64,000 nucleotides of DNA from Candidatus Woesearchaeota archaeon (GCA_047602755.1 JBLKOM010000002.1:56272-120271); one strand, 5' to 3'. Shown: positions 17,943 to 27,741, counted from the first letter of the stretch. Numbers and translations are program-made. The notes: generated by a model from the letters alone, not told the origin.

Positions 17943-19466
17943 ATGGTAATTGACAAACTTCACCCGTTAGAGCGAAAGATTCTTCCTTTACTTGAAGATG
18001 GGATTTCATTTGAAGATTTAATCAAGAAATCTAATCTTAAAGATGTAGAAGTAATGCGTGCATTGCAATGGCTTTCTAACAAAGAAATTCTTGAAATAAA
18101 AAAGAAACATTTCGATTATATTAATCTTGATGTTAATGGAAAAATTTATAGTAAAAAAGGATTACCTGAAATATGCTTTCTTAAAGCATTATCTGATGAA
18201 TTTACGTTATTAGATGAAGTTCAAGTAAACGCTGATATTTCACAGCAAGAAGCTGGTGTTTCAATAGGTGTTCTAAAAAGTAAAGTAGGAATTATAACTG
18301 AAAACCGAGATAAAAAATTATTTGTTAAAATAACTCCGCAAGGTAAAAAGTTAATTGAAAAACCAAGTCTTGAAGAAATTTTTCTTAAAAAGAAATTTCC
18401 ATTAAATCTTAGTTTATTAAATGATGAAGAAAAATTTGCTTTTAATAATTTAGTAAAACGAAAACAAATTATCAAAATTGATAATGTCACTCAAGTAACA
18501 ATTAAATTAACTTCTACAGGTGTTTCTTTGTTAAAGGATAAAAGTGCTTTAGATATAAAATATAATGATACTTTAACGCATGAAATGCTTAAGTCAGGCT
18601 CATGGAAAAATAGTAAATTTAGACATTATGATATTAAAATAAATGTTCCAAAAATCTATGGGGGAAAAAGACATTTTGTAAAACAGTCAATGGATTACAT
18701 TAAAAAAGTGTGGTTAGAATTAGGTTTTAAAGAGATGGAAGGTAATTTAATTCAATCAGCTTTTTGGGATTTAGATGCTTTATTTGTTCCACAAGATCAT
18801 CCAGCAAGAACAGAACAAGACACTTTTTACATAAAAGACCCTGCAAAAGCTAAACTCCCTTTAAAACTTAAAAATAAAATAAAAGATGCCCATGAATCTG
18901 GCGGAGATACAGGAAGTAAAGGTTGGGGAGGTAAATGGAGTGAACAAGAAGCCTCTATTAATTTGTTAAGAACTCATACAACAGTATTATCAGCAAAAAC
19001 AATAGCTTCATTAAAGAAAGAAGATTTGCCAGCTAAATTTTTTTCAGTAAATAAAGTTTTTAGAAACGAATCACTTACATGGAAACATCTTTTTGAATTC
19101 CATCAAGTTGAAGGAATTGTAATTGATCCTGATGCAACTTTACAGCATCTTAAAGGTTATCTTAAGGAGTTTTATACAAAATTAGGTTTTGAGAAAGTAC
19201 GTATGCGTCCAGGTCATTTTCCATATACTGAACCATCTTTAGAAGTTGATGTGTGGCACCCAGTAAAAAAAGAATGGATTGAATTGGGGGGAGCAGGTAT
19301 ATTTAGACCGGAACTTGTAAAACCATTACTTGGTTTTGAATGCCCAGTTTTAGCTTGGGGGCAAGGCTTAGAACGTGGAATTATGCAATATTATGGATTT
19401 GATGATATTCGTAAATTATATGATAATGATATTAAAACTATAAAAGAAGTAAAAATTTGGAAGTAA
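17943..19466 (+). CDS. pheS: Phenylalanyl-tRNA synthetase alpha subunit
   Basis: 507 aa, archaeal/eukaryotic-type with N-terminal wH repeats. Class II motifs include FRPE...GAGIFRPELV and AWGQGLERG. Confidence 0.9.
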   Translation: MVIDKLHPLERKILPLLEDGISFEDLIKKSNLKDVEVMRALQWLSNKEILEIKKKHFDYINLDVNGKIYSKKGLPEICFLKALSDEFTLLDEVQVNADISQQEAGVSIGVLKSKVGIITENRDKKLFVKITPQGKKLIEKPSLEEIFLKKKFPLNLSLLNDEEKFAFNNLVKRKQIIKIDNVTQVTIKLTSTGVSLLKDKSALDIKYNDTLTHEMLKSGSWKNSKFRHYDIKINVPKIYGGKRHFVKQSMDYIKKVWLELGFKEMEGNLIQSAFWDLDALFVPQDHPARTEQDTFYIKDPAKAKLPLKLKNKIKDAHESGGDTGSKGWGGKWSEQEASINLLRTHTTVLSAKTIASLKKEDLPAKFFSVNKVFRNESLTWKHLFEFHQVEGIVIDPDATLQHLKGYLKEFYTKLGFEKVRMRPGHFPYTEPSLEVDVWHPVKKEWIELGGAGIFRPELVKPLLGFECPVLAWGQGLERGIMQYYGFDDIRKLYDNDIKTIKEVKIWK

Positions 19467-19550
19467 TTAAAATAAAAAATAAAAAAATAGTACATTAAAT
19501 ATATATCAAAAAAACAAATAAAAAAATTAAACTAAATAAATTGAAATAAA

Positions 19551-21209
19551 ATGCCAACTGTAACATTAAACAAAAATGTATTTGAGAAATTAGTAGGTAA
19601 AAAACTACCATTAGATGAACTAAAGGATCGTATAAGTATGTTAGGTACTGATTTAGAGAGTATTGAAGGAGATCAAATTAATGTGGAAATATTTCCTAAT
19701 AGACCTGATATGTTATCTGAACAAGGTTTTGCGAGAGCATTTTCATCTTTTATAGGTGCTAATAAAGGATTAAAAAAATATAATGTATTAAAATCTAAAG
19801 AGTCCATTATTATTGATAAATCTGTTTCTAAAGTTCGTCCTTATACAGCTTGTGCTATTGTAAAAAATTTAAAATTTGATGATGAAAAAATTCGTGAAGT
19901 TATTCAAATTCAAGAAAAATTACATGTTAGTTATGGAAGAAATAGAAAAAAAGTTGCAATAGGAGTATATCCTATGGAAAAAATAACTTTTCCAGTAACT
20001 TATTTTGCAGAGGATCCAACCAAGATCAAATTTTTACCGTTAGAATCAAAACATGAAATGACAGGATTACAAATATTAAGTCAGCATCCTACTGGTAGAG
20101 ATTATGGACATTTATTAGAAGGATTTTCTAAATTTCCTTTTTTCAAGGATGCAAATAATAAAATATTATCCATGCCACCTATTATTAATTCACATGATGT
20201 TGGTAAAGTTTCTTTAGAGACAAAAGATGTGTTTATTGAATGTTCTGGGTTTGATTATGATGTTCTTGCAAAATGTCTTAATATGATTGTTACAGCTTTA
20301 GCTGATATGGATGGTGAAATTTATTCATTAAACTTAAAATATCCAGATAAAAATATTATTTCACCTATTCTAGAACCTGAAAAAATAAAGTTAGATACAG
20401 AATATGCTAATAAACGATTAGGATTAAATTTATCACAAAAACAAGCAATATCATTACTTGAAAAAATGGGTTATGGATGGGATGGTAAAAATATATTAGT
20501 TCCATGTTATAGATCGGATGTCTTGCATCAAATTGATTTAGTAGAAGATATAGCAATTGCTTATGGATATGAAAACTTCAAGGAAGTTATTCCTAAAGTA
20601 GCAACTGTTGGTAGTGAGAATAATTTATCAATTTTTGTAAAAATTATTTCTGATTTATTGATAGGTCTTAAATTTACAGAATTATACACTTATAATATCT
20701 CCAGTAGTGATATTATTAAAAGCAAATTTGATTATGATGAACCTATTATGCTCTCAAATTCTTTATCTGAAGGATTTGATTGCGTTAGAAATAGTATTAT
20801 GTGTTCTTTGCTTGATGTTTTATCAAAAAATAAGCATAATGAATACCCTCAAAATATTTTTGATTCAGGAATTGTATTTACAAAATCTTCATCTGAAGAA
20901 ACAGGTATTCTTGAAGAGTTAAATCTTTCTGTTGCAATTTGTGAAGACAAAACTGACTTTACCAAGATAAAACAAGTTTTAGATTACATTTTCTCAAACC
21001 TCGAAATTAAATATGATTTACAAGAATTTAATAGTAATCAATTTATTGATGGAAGAGCAGGTTTAATAAAAATAAATGGAAAAAATATAGGGATAATAGG
21101 TGAAATGAATCCAAAGATATTATCTAATTTCTCTATAGATTACCCAGTTGCATCTTTTGAATTAAACATTAGCAAATTATTTGAAATGTCAAATAATAAT
21201 TTTAAATAA
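19551..21209 (+). CDS. pheT: Phenylalanyl-tRNA synthetase beta subunit
   Basis: 552 aa with B3/B4 and B5 domain features of the archaeal type. It lies immediately downstream of pheS. Confidence 0.85.
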   Translation: MPTVTLNKNVFEKLVGKKLPLDELKDRISMLGTDLESIEGDQINVEIFPNRPDMLSEQGFARAFSSFIGANKGLKKYNVLKSKESIIIDKSVSKVRPYTACAIVKNLKFDDEKIREVIQIQEKLHVSYGRNRKKVAIGVYPMEKITFPVTYFAEDPTKIKFLPLESKHEMTGLQILSQHPTGRDYGHLLEGFSKFPFFKDANNKILSMPPIINSHDVGKVSLETKDVFIECSGFDYDVLAKCLNMIVTALADMDGEIYSLNLKYPDKNIISPILEPEKIKLDTEYANKRLGLNLSQKQAISLLEKMGYGWDGKNILVPCYRSDVLHQIDLVEDIAIAYGYENFKEVIPKVATVGSENNLSIFVKIISDLLIGLKFTELYTYNISSSDIIKSKFDYDEPIMLSNSLSEGFDCVRNSIMCSLLDVLSKNKHNEYPQNIFDSGIVFTKSSSEETGILEELNLSVAICEDKTDFTKIKQVLDYIFSNLEIKYDLQEFNSNQFIDGRAGLIKINGKNIGIIGEMNPKILSNFSIDYPVASFELNISKLFEMSNNNFK

Positions 21210-21244
21210 TAATTTCAAATAATAACTGTAACTAAGAATTAAAA

Positions 21245-21913
21245 ATGAAAAAAGTAATTATCACAGGTGGAAGCAGTGGATTGGGATACTCTTTATCTAA
21301 ATTATTTCTAGAAAACGATATTAAAGTTGTAAATTTATCAAGAACCAAGCCAAATTTAAAAGGGATCATTCATATAAAAACAGATTTATCAAAAGAATTA
21401 AGCCTAAAGAATTCTATAAGAATATTAAAATTAAAACATAGTGATGCCGATGTCTTAATATTAAATTCAGGTCTTGCTCATTGGGCTGAATCTGGCAAAA
21501 TAAAAGAATCTGAAATAGATAATGATTTTTCTGTTAATATTATTTCTCATATTAAACTTACCAATTCCTTAACTCGAATAATTGAAAAAAATTCAGGAGA
21601 CATAATTTTCATAGGCTCAACAGCATCTTTTCAAGGTGGTTTTGATAGTTCTGTTTATGCTTCAACAAAACATGCAGTATTAGGATTTATCCGTTCTTTA
21701 CAACTCCAAATGAAACAAAAAAAAGTAAGAGTTCTAGGAGTTCATCCTGGAGGTTTTCAATCAAATTTTCACATTAAAGCTAAAACTAATTTAAAACAAG
21801 AAGATTTAATGCCTGCAAATGAGATTGCAAATTTAATTTTTTCATTCCTAAAATTACCTAAATCAATGGAAATTTCTGAAATAATTATAAATAGAAAAAA
21901 ATTAGTGAATTAA
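21245..21913 (+). CDS. Short-chain dehydrogenase/reductase (SDR)
   Basis: 222 aa with an N-terminal TGGSSGLG Rossmann motif and a YxxxK-like active site (YASTK). Confidence 0.75.
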   Translation: MKKVIITGGSSGLGYSLSKLFLENDIKVVNLSRTKPNLKGIIHIKTDLSKELSLKNSIRILKLKHSDADVLILNSGLAHWAESGKIKESEIDNDFSVNIISHIKLTNSLTRIIEKNSGDIIFIGSTASFQGGFDSSVYASTKHAVLGFIRSLQLQMKQKKVRVLGVHPGGFQSNFHIKAKTNLKQEDLMPANEIANLIFSFLKLPKSMEISEIIINRKKLVN

Positions 21914-21922
21914 AACATAGAT

Positions 21923-22140
21923 CACACATGATGCAATGAAGATGTGAACACCATGAGAGGCGAAAGCCAATGACCGCAAAGAGTAACTTCTGAGCATGTG
22001 AATTGATCTTTAGAACAATAATTTTTTAAATATTTTTCTTGGTTTATTTCGCTATGCTTTATGCATAGCTTAAATGCTAGTATGTATAGCGTGCACTCGC
22101 TTACAGATGTAACCTATGAGCATGTGAATTGATCTATTGA
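21923..22140. ncRNA. Candidate small structured RNA locus (GC-enriched intergenic island, possibly C/D-box-like sRNA)
   Basis: Convergent-gene intergenic region that is much more GC-rich than its surroundings. A 19-nt perfect direct repeat, tgagcatgtgaattgatct, occurs at 21991-22009 and 22117-22135. A second repeated motif, agatgt(g)aac(a)c(c/t)atgag, occurs at about 21941 and 22105. There is a GNRA-type hairpin ggc-gaaa-gcc (21958-21967) and a perfect hairpin gctatgc-tttat-gcatagc (22051-22069). ATGATGC (21928-21934) and CTGA (21990-21993) are spaced about 60 nt apart, like C and D boxes. Strand and ends are unknown. Confidence 0.25.
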
Positions 22141-22171
22141 AATCTTATATTTAATTTTAAGAATAAGAATA

Positions 22172-22978
22172 TTATCTTATATATTGTTTCATAGTTTTAA
22201 TAATCTCTTGAGTAGAAACTTTACAACCAGTCCATATTCTAAAACTTTCTGCCGCTTGTTCAACAAGCATTCCTAATCCATCAATTGATTTTTTAGCTTT
22301 ATTTTGTTCACTCCAAGTACAGAATTTTGTGCGACTATATGAATATGCTAAGTCATAACATAAACTCCCTTCAACTACTTCACTATTTATTCCAGGTAAT
22401 TCGTCATTAAGACTAGTAGGTGTAGCATTAACAACTAAATCATAATCTTTACCTAAGTTATGAATATCATGAACTGTAACTATATCTGATCCAATTCTTC
22501 TAGCAAAATCACTTAAACGTGCTATATTTCTATTTGTTATAACTATTTGCTCAGGATTTTGTTGAATCAATGAAGTTACTATACTCCTCGCAGAACCACC
22601 AGCCCCAATTATTAAAATTCTTTTATTTTCTGAATAAAAATCATTATTCTCTAAATCTTTGACAAAGCCTTTACCATCTGTAGTATAACCTATTATTTTA
22701 CTATCAAAGTGAATGGTATTAACACTATTAGCTTTTTTAGCATCTTCACTTAATATGTCACAGTATTCAAAAGCTTCTTCTTTGAAAGGAATAGTAACAT
22801 TTAATCCATCATAATTTTCTCTTTTTAATTCATTTGCATAACTTTTAAAATCATGAGCAGGGATTTTTGTATATACTAATTTAATTCCAGTTTGTTTTGC
22901 AAATAATTCAAATATCTCAGGAGATCTACTATGGCTAATGGGGTTTCCTATCACAGCAAATTTATAATTATTATTCAT
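22172..22978 (-). CDS. aroE: Shikimate dehydrogenase
   Basis: 268 aa with an N-terminal shikimate-binding region (VIGNPISHSRSP) and an NADP Rossmann motif (ILIIGAGGSARS). Confidence 0.8.
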   Translation of the reverse strand: MNNNYKFAVIGNPISHSRSPEIFELFAKQTGIKLVYTKIPAHDFKSYANELKRENYDGLNVTIPFKEEAFEYCDILSEDAKKANSVNTIHFDSKIIGYTTDGKGFVKDLENNDFYSENKRILIIGAGGSARSIVTSLIQQNPEQIVITNRNIARLSDFARRIGSDIVTVHDIHNLGKDYDLVVNATPTSLNDELPGINSEVVEGSLCYDLAYSYSRTKFCTWSEQNKAKKSIDGLGMLVEQAAESFRIWTGCKVSTQEIIKTMKQYIR

Positions 22979-23823
22979 ACTATTTGAAAATCAACACAGA
23001 TTCTAAAAACTTTTGGTGAGAATTGACCGCATTTTACAATTCCTAATATTTTTATTTTAAAACCATTATTTTTACATATCTGAATAATTTTTACTTTATA
23101 TTCCTCAAATTCATTTTCATTCAAGAATCCATATAAATGGATTAATGTCCCTTTTTTTGCAACAACTAACGCACTATCTAGGAATTCTTCTGCTGTTCTT
23201 GGTAGTGGCATAATAATTCTGTTATATTTTTTTTTTAGATTAAAAACTTCTTTTCTTACATCACCATTAATTAGAGTTGTATTTTTTATTTTATTTTGTA
23301 TCACATTTTCTAATGCATATTTATGTGCTACAGGATTAAGTTCTATTCCAGTCATAGCATTATATTTTGAATTTTTCCCAATGACACAAATAAACGGAGC
23401 AACGCCTGAGAACATTACTAAAATATCTTCATTTGATTTTATTAATGATGCTATTCTTAATCTTTCTGTTCCAGATCTTACTGAGAAATAACATTTTTCA
23501 ACATGTAATTTTATTCTACATCCACTTTCTTTATGAATTGTCTCTTTTGTTCTTTTACCTGCGATAATTTTTAATTTTTGTGTTCTATATTTACCAGAAT
23601 GAAGCCCAGCTCGCTTACATACGGTTGTAATATTTTTATGCATTAGTAATATTGCTTCACCAATTATTTTTTCTTTTTTTAATAATTCTTGCTTTATTTC
23701 AATTATTACAATATCTCCTACTATATCAAAACTACTTGTAAGAAATTCCATTTCTTTTTTAGTTAATTTCTTTGCTAAGATTTCTTTTAATTTTAATGGT
23801 TTCATTTTAGTATTTTTCAACAA
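22975..23823 (-). CDS. trm5: tRNA (m1G37) methyltransferase Trm5/TYW2 family (Met-10+ like class I MTase)
   Basis: 282 aa, Met-10+ like. The SAM-binding region is DILVMFSGVAPF, and there is a conserved NP..H-like segment (ELNPVAHKY). Confidence 0.65.
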   Translation of the reverse strand: MLKNTKMKPLKLKEILAKKLTKKEMEFLTSSFDIVGDIVIIEIKQELLKKEKIIGEAILLMHKNITTVCKRAGLHSGKYRTQKLKIIAGKRTKETIHKESGCRIKLHVEKCYFSVRSGTERLRIASLIKSNEDILVMFSGVAPFICVIGKNSKYNAMTGIELNPVAHKYALENVIQNKIKNTTLINGDVRKEVFNLKKKYNRIIMPLPRTAEEFLDSALVVAKKGTLIHLYGFLNENEFEEYKVKIIQICKNNGFKIKILGIVKCGQFSPKVFRICVDFQIV

Positions 23824-24442
23824 TATCTACAATTTCTTTGAAATCATCAACCATATAATCAGCATCTAATTTATCATAATTTGTTTTAACACCAATTGTT
23901 ATTAGTCCATTTGCTTTTCCACTTTCAATATCACTAGGTGTATCTCCAACAACAAATCCAATAGTACCGCCTAAATTTTCAGCTCTTTTTTTACCTTTAG
24001 CAAATACTTCTTTTCTTGTAAATCCATCATCACCAAAACCTCCAAATGAAAAATATTTTTCAAGTTTAGGTATTGCTAATTTGGCAAAAGCAATTTTCTT
24101 AACATTACCAGTTGATAGCCCTAATAAATAATTCTTTTTTAAGATTTCTAAAGTTTTTTTAACACTAGGGTATGTCGGAACAATCTTTTTCACATTCTTA
24201 TATTCAATTATTGCATAATTTATAATTTTATTAATTTTCTTTAATATTTCATCCTTACAAATTCTTTTTTTTATTAATGCTTTATAGATAATTTCTTTAT
24301 CGACCATCCCAGGGACTGAAGTTTTTCTTACATCTATTTTTATATTAAACACTTTCTCAATTGCAATATTAAAAGATTCAGCATGTCCTGACTTCCAACC
24401 ATCAACTAATGTTCCATCAATATCAAATAATATATATTTCAT
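23807..24442 (-). CDS. HAD-superfamily hydrolase (phosphatase)
   Basis: 211 aa with motif I (ILFDIDGTLVD), motif II (GLSTGN) and motif IV (VGDTPSD). Confidence 0.65.
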   Translation of the reverse strand: MKYILFDIDGTLVDGWKSGHAESFNIAIEKVFNIKIDVRKTSVPGMVDKEIIYKALIKKRICKDEILKKINKIINYAIIEYKNVKKIVPTYPSVKKTLEILKKNYLLGLSTGNVKKIAFAKLAIPKLEKYFSFGGFGDDGFTRKEVFAKGKKRAENLGGTIGFVVGDTPSDIESGKANGLITIGVKTNYDKLDADYMVDDFKEIVDIVEKY

Positions 24443-25464
24443 ATAAATTCTCCTAAACTTTTTTGCTTTTTAGATTCTGCTTGTTCATTTAATTGCTCAA
24501 GCACTTTATTTACTCGCTCTTCTGAGAAATTATGTTTTTCGACTAGAATTTGATATACTTTTTTTGGATCAGGTTTTTTCCATTCAAGTTTATAATTATT
24601 AGTAACTGGCACATTTTTTATAGTTTGATATACTTCTTCAAAGTCAAATTCAATCTTCTCTTTTAATTCTTCAATAAGTTTATCTTTTGTTTTGTTTTCT
24701 TTAACTAATTTTAATGCATTTTTTGGACCTATCCCTTTTATTCCACCTGGATTAAAGTCAGTTCCAATTAAAATTGATAAAAGAATAAATTGCTCTTGAT
24801 CAATTCCTAAATGATTTAATACTTCACTAATCTCAATAATTTCAGGTTTATATGTCTGATAATCAAGTTTATTATTTTTTTTATGTTTTCCAACCAATGA
24901 TAAATTCCTTATTACTTTATTGCAACCAAACATTAATGTGTCTGCATCTTGTGTAGCTACGGCATATGCATCTCCTTTTTTAACCATATAACTAGACTGG
25001 GCTTCTGCTTCACTAGGGGCATCAATAACTGGAATTCCAAATGCTTCAACTAATTCCTTTGTTTCACTTATAATTTCAGTAGTTACTCTTACATTTCGTG
25101 CAGCATATTTTCTCATAGCGCTAAAATCTTTAGTTTCCATAGCTATTTTATATTTAGCTTCAGCTTCTTTTTTTGCATCTTTTCGTTTTTGTTGTTCTTT
25201 ATATTTTAATTCAGGTGATTTCCCATCAAAAACAAATATTAACTTAAGACCATATTGCAGCAATTTTCCAATTCTAGAATTGATTCCAATTAAATGTGAT
25301 GTAACTCTCCCTTCTTGATCTGTAAAGTAATTACCATCTGCTTGTCTTATGGTTGTTAGAAATTGATATAGTATCATAGGCGCATCAATACATATAATTT
25401 TTCCACTGAGTGATTTAATGTCAATCTCTTTTCCAGTAATTAATTCTTTTAATGCAATTCCCAT
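24439..25464 (-). CDS. fen1: Flap endonuclease 1
   Basis: 341 aa with XPG-N and XPG-I domains (IDAPMILYQFL, VFDGKSPELK, ATQDADTLMFG), a H3TH region and a C-terminal basic PIP-like tail. Confidence 0.9.
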   Translation of the reverse strand: MGIALKELITGKEIDIKSLSGKIICIDAPMILYQFLTTIRQADGNYFTDQEGRVTSHLIGINSRIGKLLQYGLKLIFVFDGKSPELKYKEQQKRKDAKKEAEAKYKIAMETKDFSAMRKYAARNVRVTTEIISETKELVEAFGIPVIDAPSEAEAQSSYMVKKGDAYAVATQDADTLMFGCNKVIRNLSLVGKHKKNNKLDYQTYKPEIIEISEVLNHLGIDQEQFILLSILIGTDFNPGGIKGIGPKNALKLVKENKTKDKLIEELKEKIEFDFEEVYQTIKNVPVTNNYKLEWKKPDPKKVYQILVEKHNFSEERVNKVLEQLNEQAESKKQKSLGEFI

Positions 25465-25518
25465 TTTAACATTTTATTGGTATTTATTATTATATCATTT
25501 ACTCTCTATAATTTTATA

Positions 25519-26550
25519 CTAAATATTAATAACAGATAAATCCTTAAATATTATTTCTTTTTGTTCTTTTGCTTTTTTACTTAATTCGCCATTTGTTACG
25601 AGTAATGAAGGTAGTTTATTATGTTGTCCTTCAATTAGTGATAATGCAAGTTCACTCTCTGTTATTCTTTTTTTATCTATAATTCTGCAATAATATTTAG
25701 ATTCACCTATACTTGATGGAACACTTGTTATTAAAGAATACTCTTTATTCTTTTTAATTTGTTCATAGCGTATTATTTTTATATTTTTATTACTAAAATA
25801 TTCAATTACTTTCTTTCCAAAATTTGTTTTGCATATGGTTAAAAACTCTTGATTTTTATCACTTATTTCACTATTATTAAAATCAGTTATCTTTGAATCT
25901 GATTTTATAATTTTAGTTTTATTTTTGAGATCTTCATTCTTTGTTTTGGTTACGTTATCAATTTTCTGTTTATTTTCATTTAATGCTTCTTGTTTTTCTT
26001 GTACTTCTTGTTTTTTTACTTCTTCTTTAATTTCATTCTTTTGCTCTTTGTCAACACTCGTATTTATCTCATTATTTTGTCTATTATTATTAATTTCACC
26101 GATATTTTCACTTTCAAAAATACTTTTTATTATTTGCTCAGCTTCTTTATCACTTAAAAGATACCACTTCCAAAATATTTCTTTATTATTATTTCTAATA
26201 ATATTTAATGGAACAGCAAAATCTTTTATTGCTCTAAGAGAGATTCTTGTTATTGGTGTTTGTTTAGAATCCCTTAATACTTTTTTTTCTTTTAATAAAT
26301 CATATGCTTGCCTATCTTTAGAATTAAGATTATTTGCAAAATTCTGTAGTTTTTCTTGATCTTCAATAAGATAATATAATGGAGAACCTCCTCCTATTTT
26401 TAAAGCACTTATTTTAATTTTTTTAGTTGAAGATAATTCTCCTAACATTGCTGATGCGAATAATTGTGTAATTCCCATAAATTTACCAAACTGAGCAGGA
26501 GTACTCGGACCATTCTGTTTTAGAAAAGATATTATTTGTTGTTCTGACAT
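25519..26550 (-). CDS. Hypothetical protein: two N-terminal winged-helix-like modules, K/E/N-rich linker, C-terminal globular domain
   Basis: 343 aa. Residues 1-65 look like a MarR/TrmB-type wH (IISFLKQNGPSTPAQFGKFMGITQLFASAMLGEL...KIKIS) and residues 80-130 form a second wH-like segment. It then has about 80 aa of KEEVKKQEVQEKQ low complexity and a C-terminal roughly 110-aa domain with no recognised motif. It sits between the endA operon and fen1 on the same strand. Confidence 0.35.
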   Translation of the reverse strand: MSEQQIISFLKQNGPSTPAQFGKFMGITQLFASAMLGELSSTKKIKISALKIGGGSPLYYLIEDQEKLQNFANNLNSKDRQAYDLLKEKKVLRDSKQTPITRISLRAIKDFAVPLNIIRNNNKEIFWKWYLLSDKEAEQIIKSIFESENIGEINNNRQNNEINTSVDKEQKNEIKEEVKKQEVQEKQEALNENKQKIDNVTKTKNEDLKNKTKIIKSDSKITDFNNSEISDKNQEFLTICKTNFGKKVIEYFSNKNIKIIRYEQIKKNKEYSLITSVPSSIGESKYYCRIIDKKRITESELALSLIEGQHNKLPSLLVTNGELSKKAKEQKEIIFKDLSVINI

Positions 26551-26618
26551 TATATTTAATAAAAAAAGATAGTTTATATTTTTATTGCTTTAGTAGTTAT
26601 ATATATTGAGTCTATATC

Positions 26619-27113
26619 TTATTTATTTGCAAATCCTTGATCTGTAGCACTAAATGATTCACCTAGCTCTAATGATAATTTCTCTAGTTCTTCTGGCAAT
26701 ACTAATTTTCCGTCTTTAACATCATATTCTGTAGCCAATGCAGCAAGAAGATCAAGATTATAATTTATTGGATCATTCATTTGTTTATAATTAACAAAAA
26801 ATTGTAATTTATTAAAATTAGCATTATTTTTAATTATTGTCGGAAAATTAAATTTAAATTTTGTTACAATCTCTTCTTTAGTTGAATAATTATTTATTAA
26901 TATTTTTAAATCATCTTTTGTAAAATCTTCATTTTCTAATGTTATTTCTATTGCAGGATATTTAATATTAAAATCTTGTATGAATTTATTGAATGCAGGC
27001 CACGCTTTTTCTAAATTATCATTATCATGTGAATACATATCAATAAATTTTAAGAATATCTTAACTAGTACTTTTATGTTTTTTTTAAATTCATTAATTA
27101 AGGCCTGATCCAT
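26619..27113 (-). CDS. Hypothetical protein co-transcribed with tRNA-splicing endonuclease
   Basis: 164 aa with no recognisable motif. Its start overlaps the endA stop by 16 nt on the same strand. Confidence 0.35.
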   Translation of the reverse strand: MDQALINEFKKNIKVLVKIFLKFIDMYSHDNDNLEKAWPAFNKFIQDFNIKYPAIEITLENEDFTKDDLKILINNYSTKEEIVTKFKFNFPTIIKNNANFNKLQFFVNYKQMNDPINYNLDLLAALATEYDVKDGKLVLPEELEKLSLELGESFSATDQGFANK

Positions 27114-27703
27114 TTTATTTCATAGTATGTTACTGAATTTTCCTCATCAACAACACCAATTAATAATCTTTTTTTTGTTGAATGCGCTACACGATTTTTA
27201 GCAGCAAATCCATACCATGTCAACGAATCTGTTTCTTTTACTGGATAAATAATCCATCTAGCATGATCCTCTCCTGGTTTTACTCCTTTGTCATACACTC
27301 TAAAATCAGCACCAAATTTTAATGCTGTCTTGATGATGTAACCTCTATTTCTAAAATCATTAAAAACTACATATCTTATCCAGAAATTTTTTTCAAGCTT
27401 TATGCATTTTCTTAAAAATTCATCTAATTTTAATATTTTTTTATTTTGTATAAGTATTATTTTTTCTTTTTCTAAAAGATAATATCCTTCAATAAGTGTC
27501 AATTGGACTCTTCCATCATCTAAAAGTGTACCATATCTTGACTTTTCATATAGATTTCTAGCTTCATTAGAACATTCAGTTATTATGCTATCTCTTAAGA
27601 AAAATGCTTCTATCTTATCATTTTTTTTCCTTGCTTCTCCAACTTTTTCTTTACTTTTACTATCTTTTTTATTAGAAGTTTTCTTTTTAGGCATTTTATT
27701 CAA
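27098..27703 (-). CDS. endA: tRNA-splicing endonuclease (EndA)
   Basis: 201 aa with the catalytic-domain signature RNRGYIIKTALKFGADFRVY...DHARWIIYPV...K. It has a K-rich N-terminal extension. Confidence 0.85.
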   Translation of the reverse strand: MNKMPKKKTSNKKDSKSKEKVGEARKKNDKIEAFFLRDSIITECSNEARNLYEKSRYGTLLDDGRVQLTLIEGYYLLEKEKIILIQNKKILKLDEFLRKCIKLEKNFWIRYVVFNDFRNRGYIIKTALKFGADFRVYDKGVKPGEDHARWIIYPVKETDSLTWYGFAAKNRVAHSTKKRLLIGVVDEENSVTYYEIKWIRP

Positions 27704-27741
27704 AGTGTTAACACGATTTATAAAAGTTTTTAAATAAGTTT

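Noticed and set aside
18221-20922. Antisense or internal ORFs within pheS and pheT (18221-18490, 20707-20922)
   Set aside because: Within confidently identified synthetase genes.
21923-22170. Possibility that the GC-rich island encodes a tRNA
   Set aside because: No T-loop (GTTCRAnYC) or D-loop consensus and no acceptor-stem pairing. Kept instead as a candidate small RNA.
25925-26359. 144-aa plus-strand ORF opposite the tandem-wH gene
   Set aside because: It sits opposite the K/E-rich linker and gives S/F/L-rich low complexity. The minus-strand gene has domain structure and operon context.
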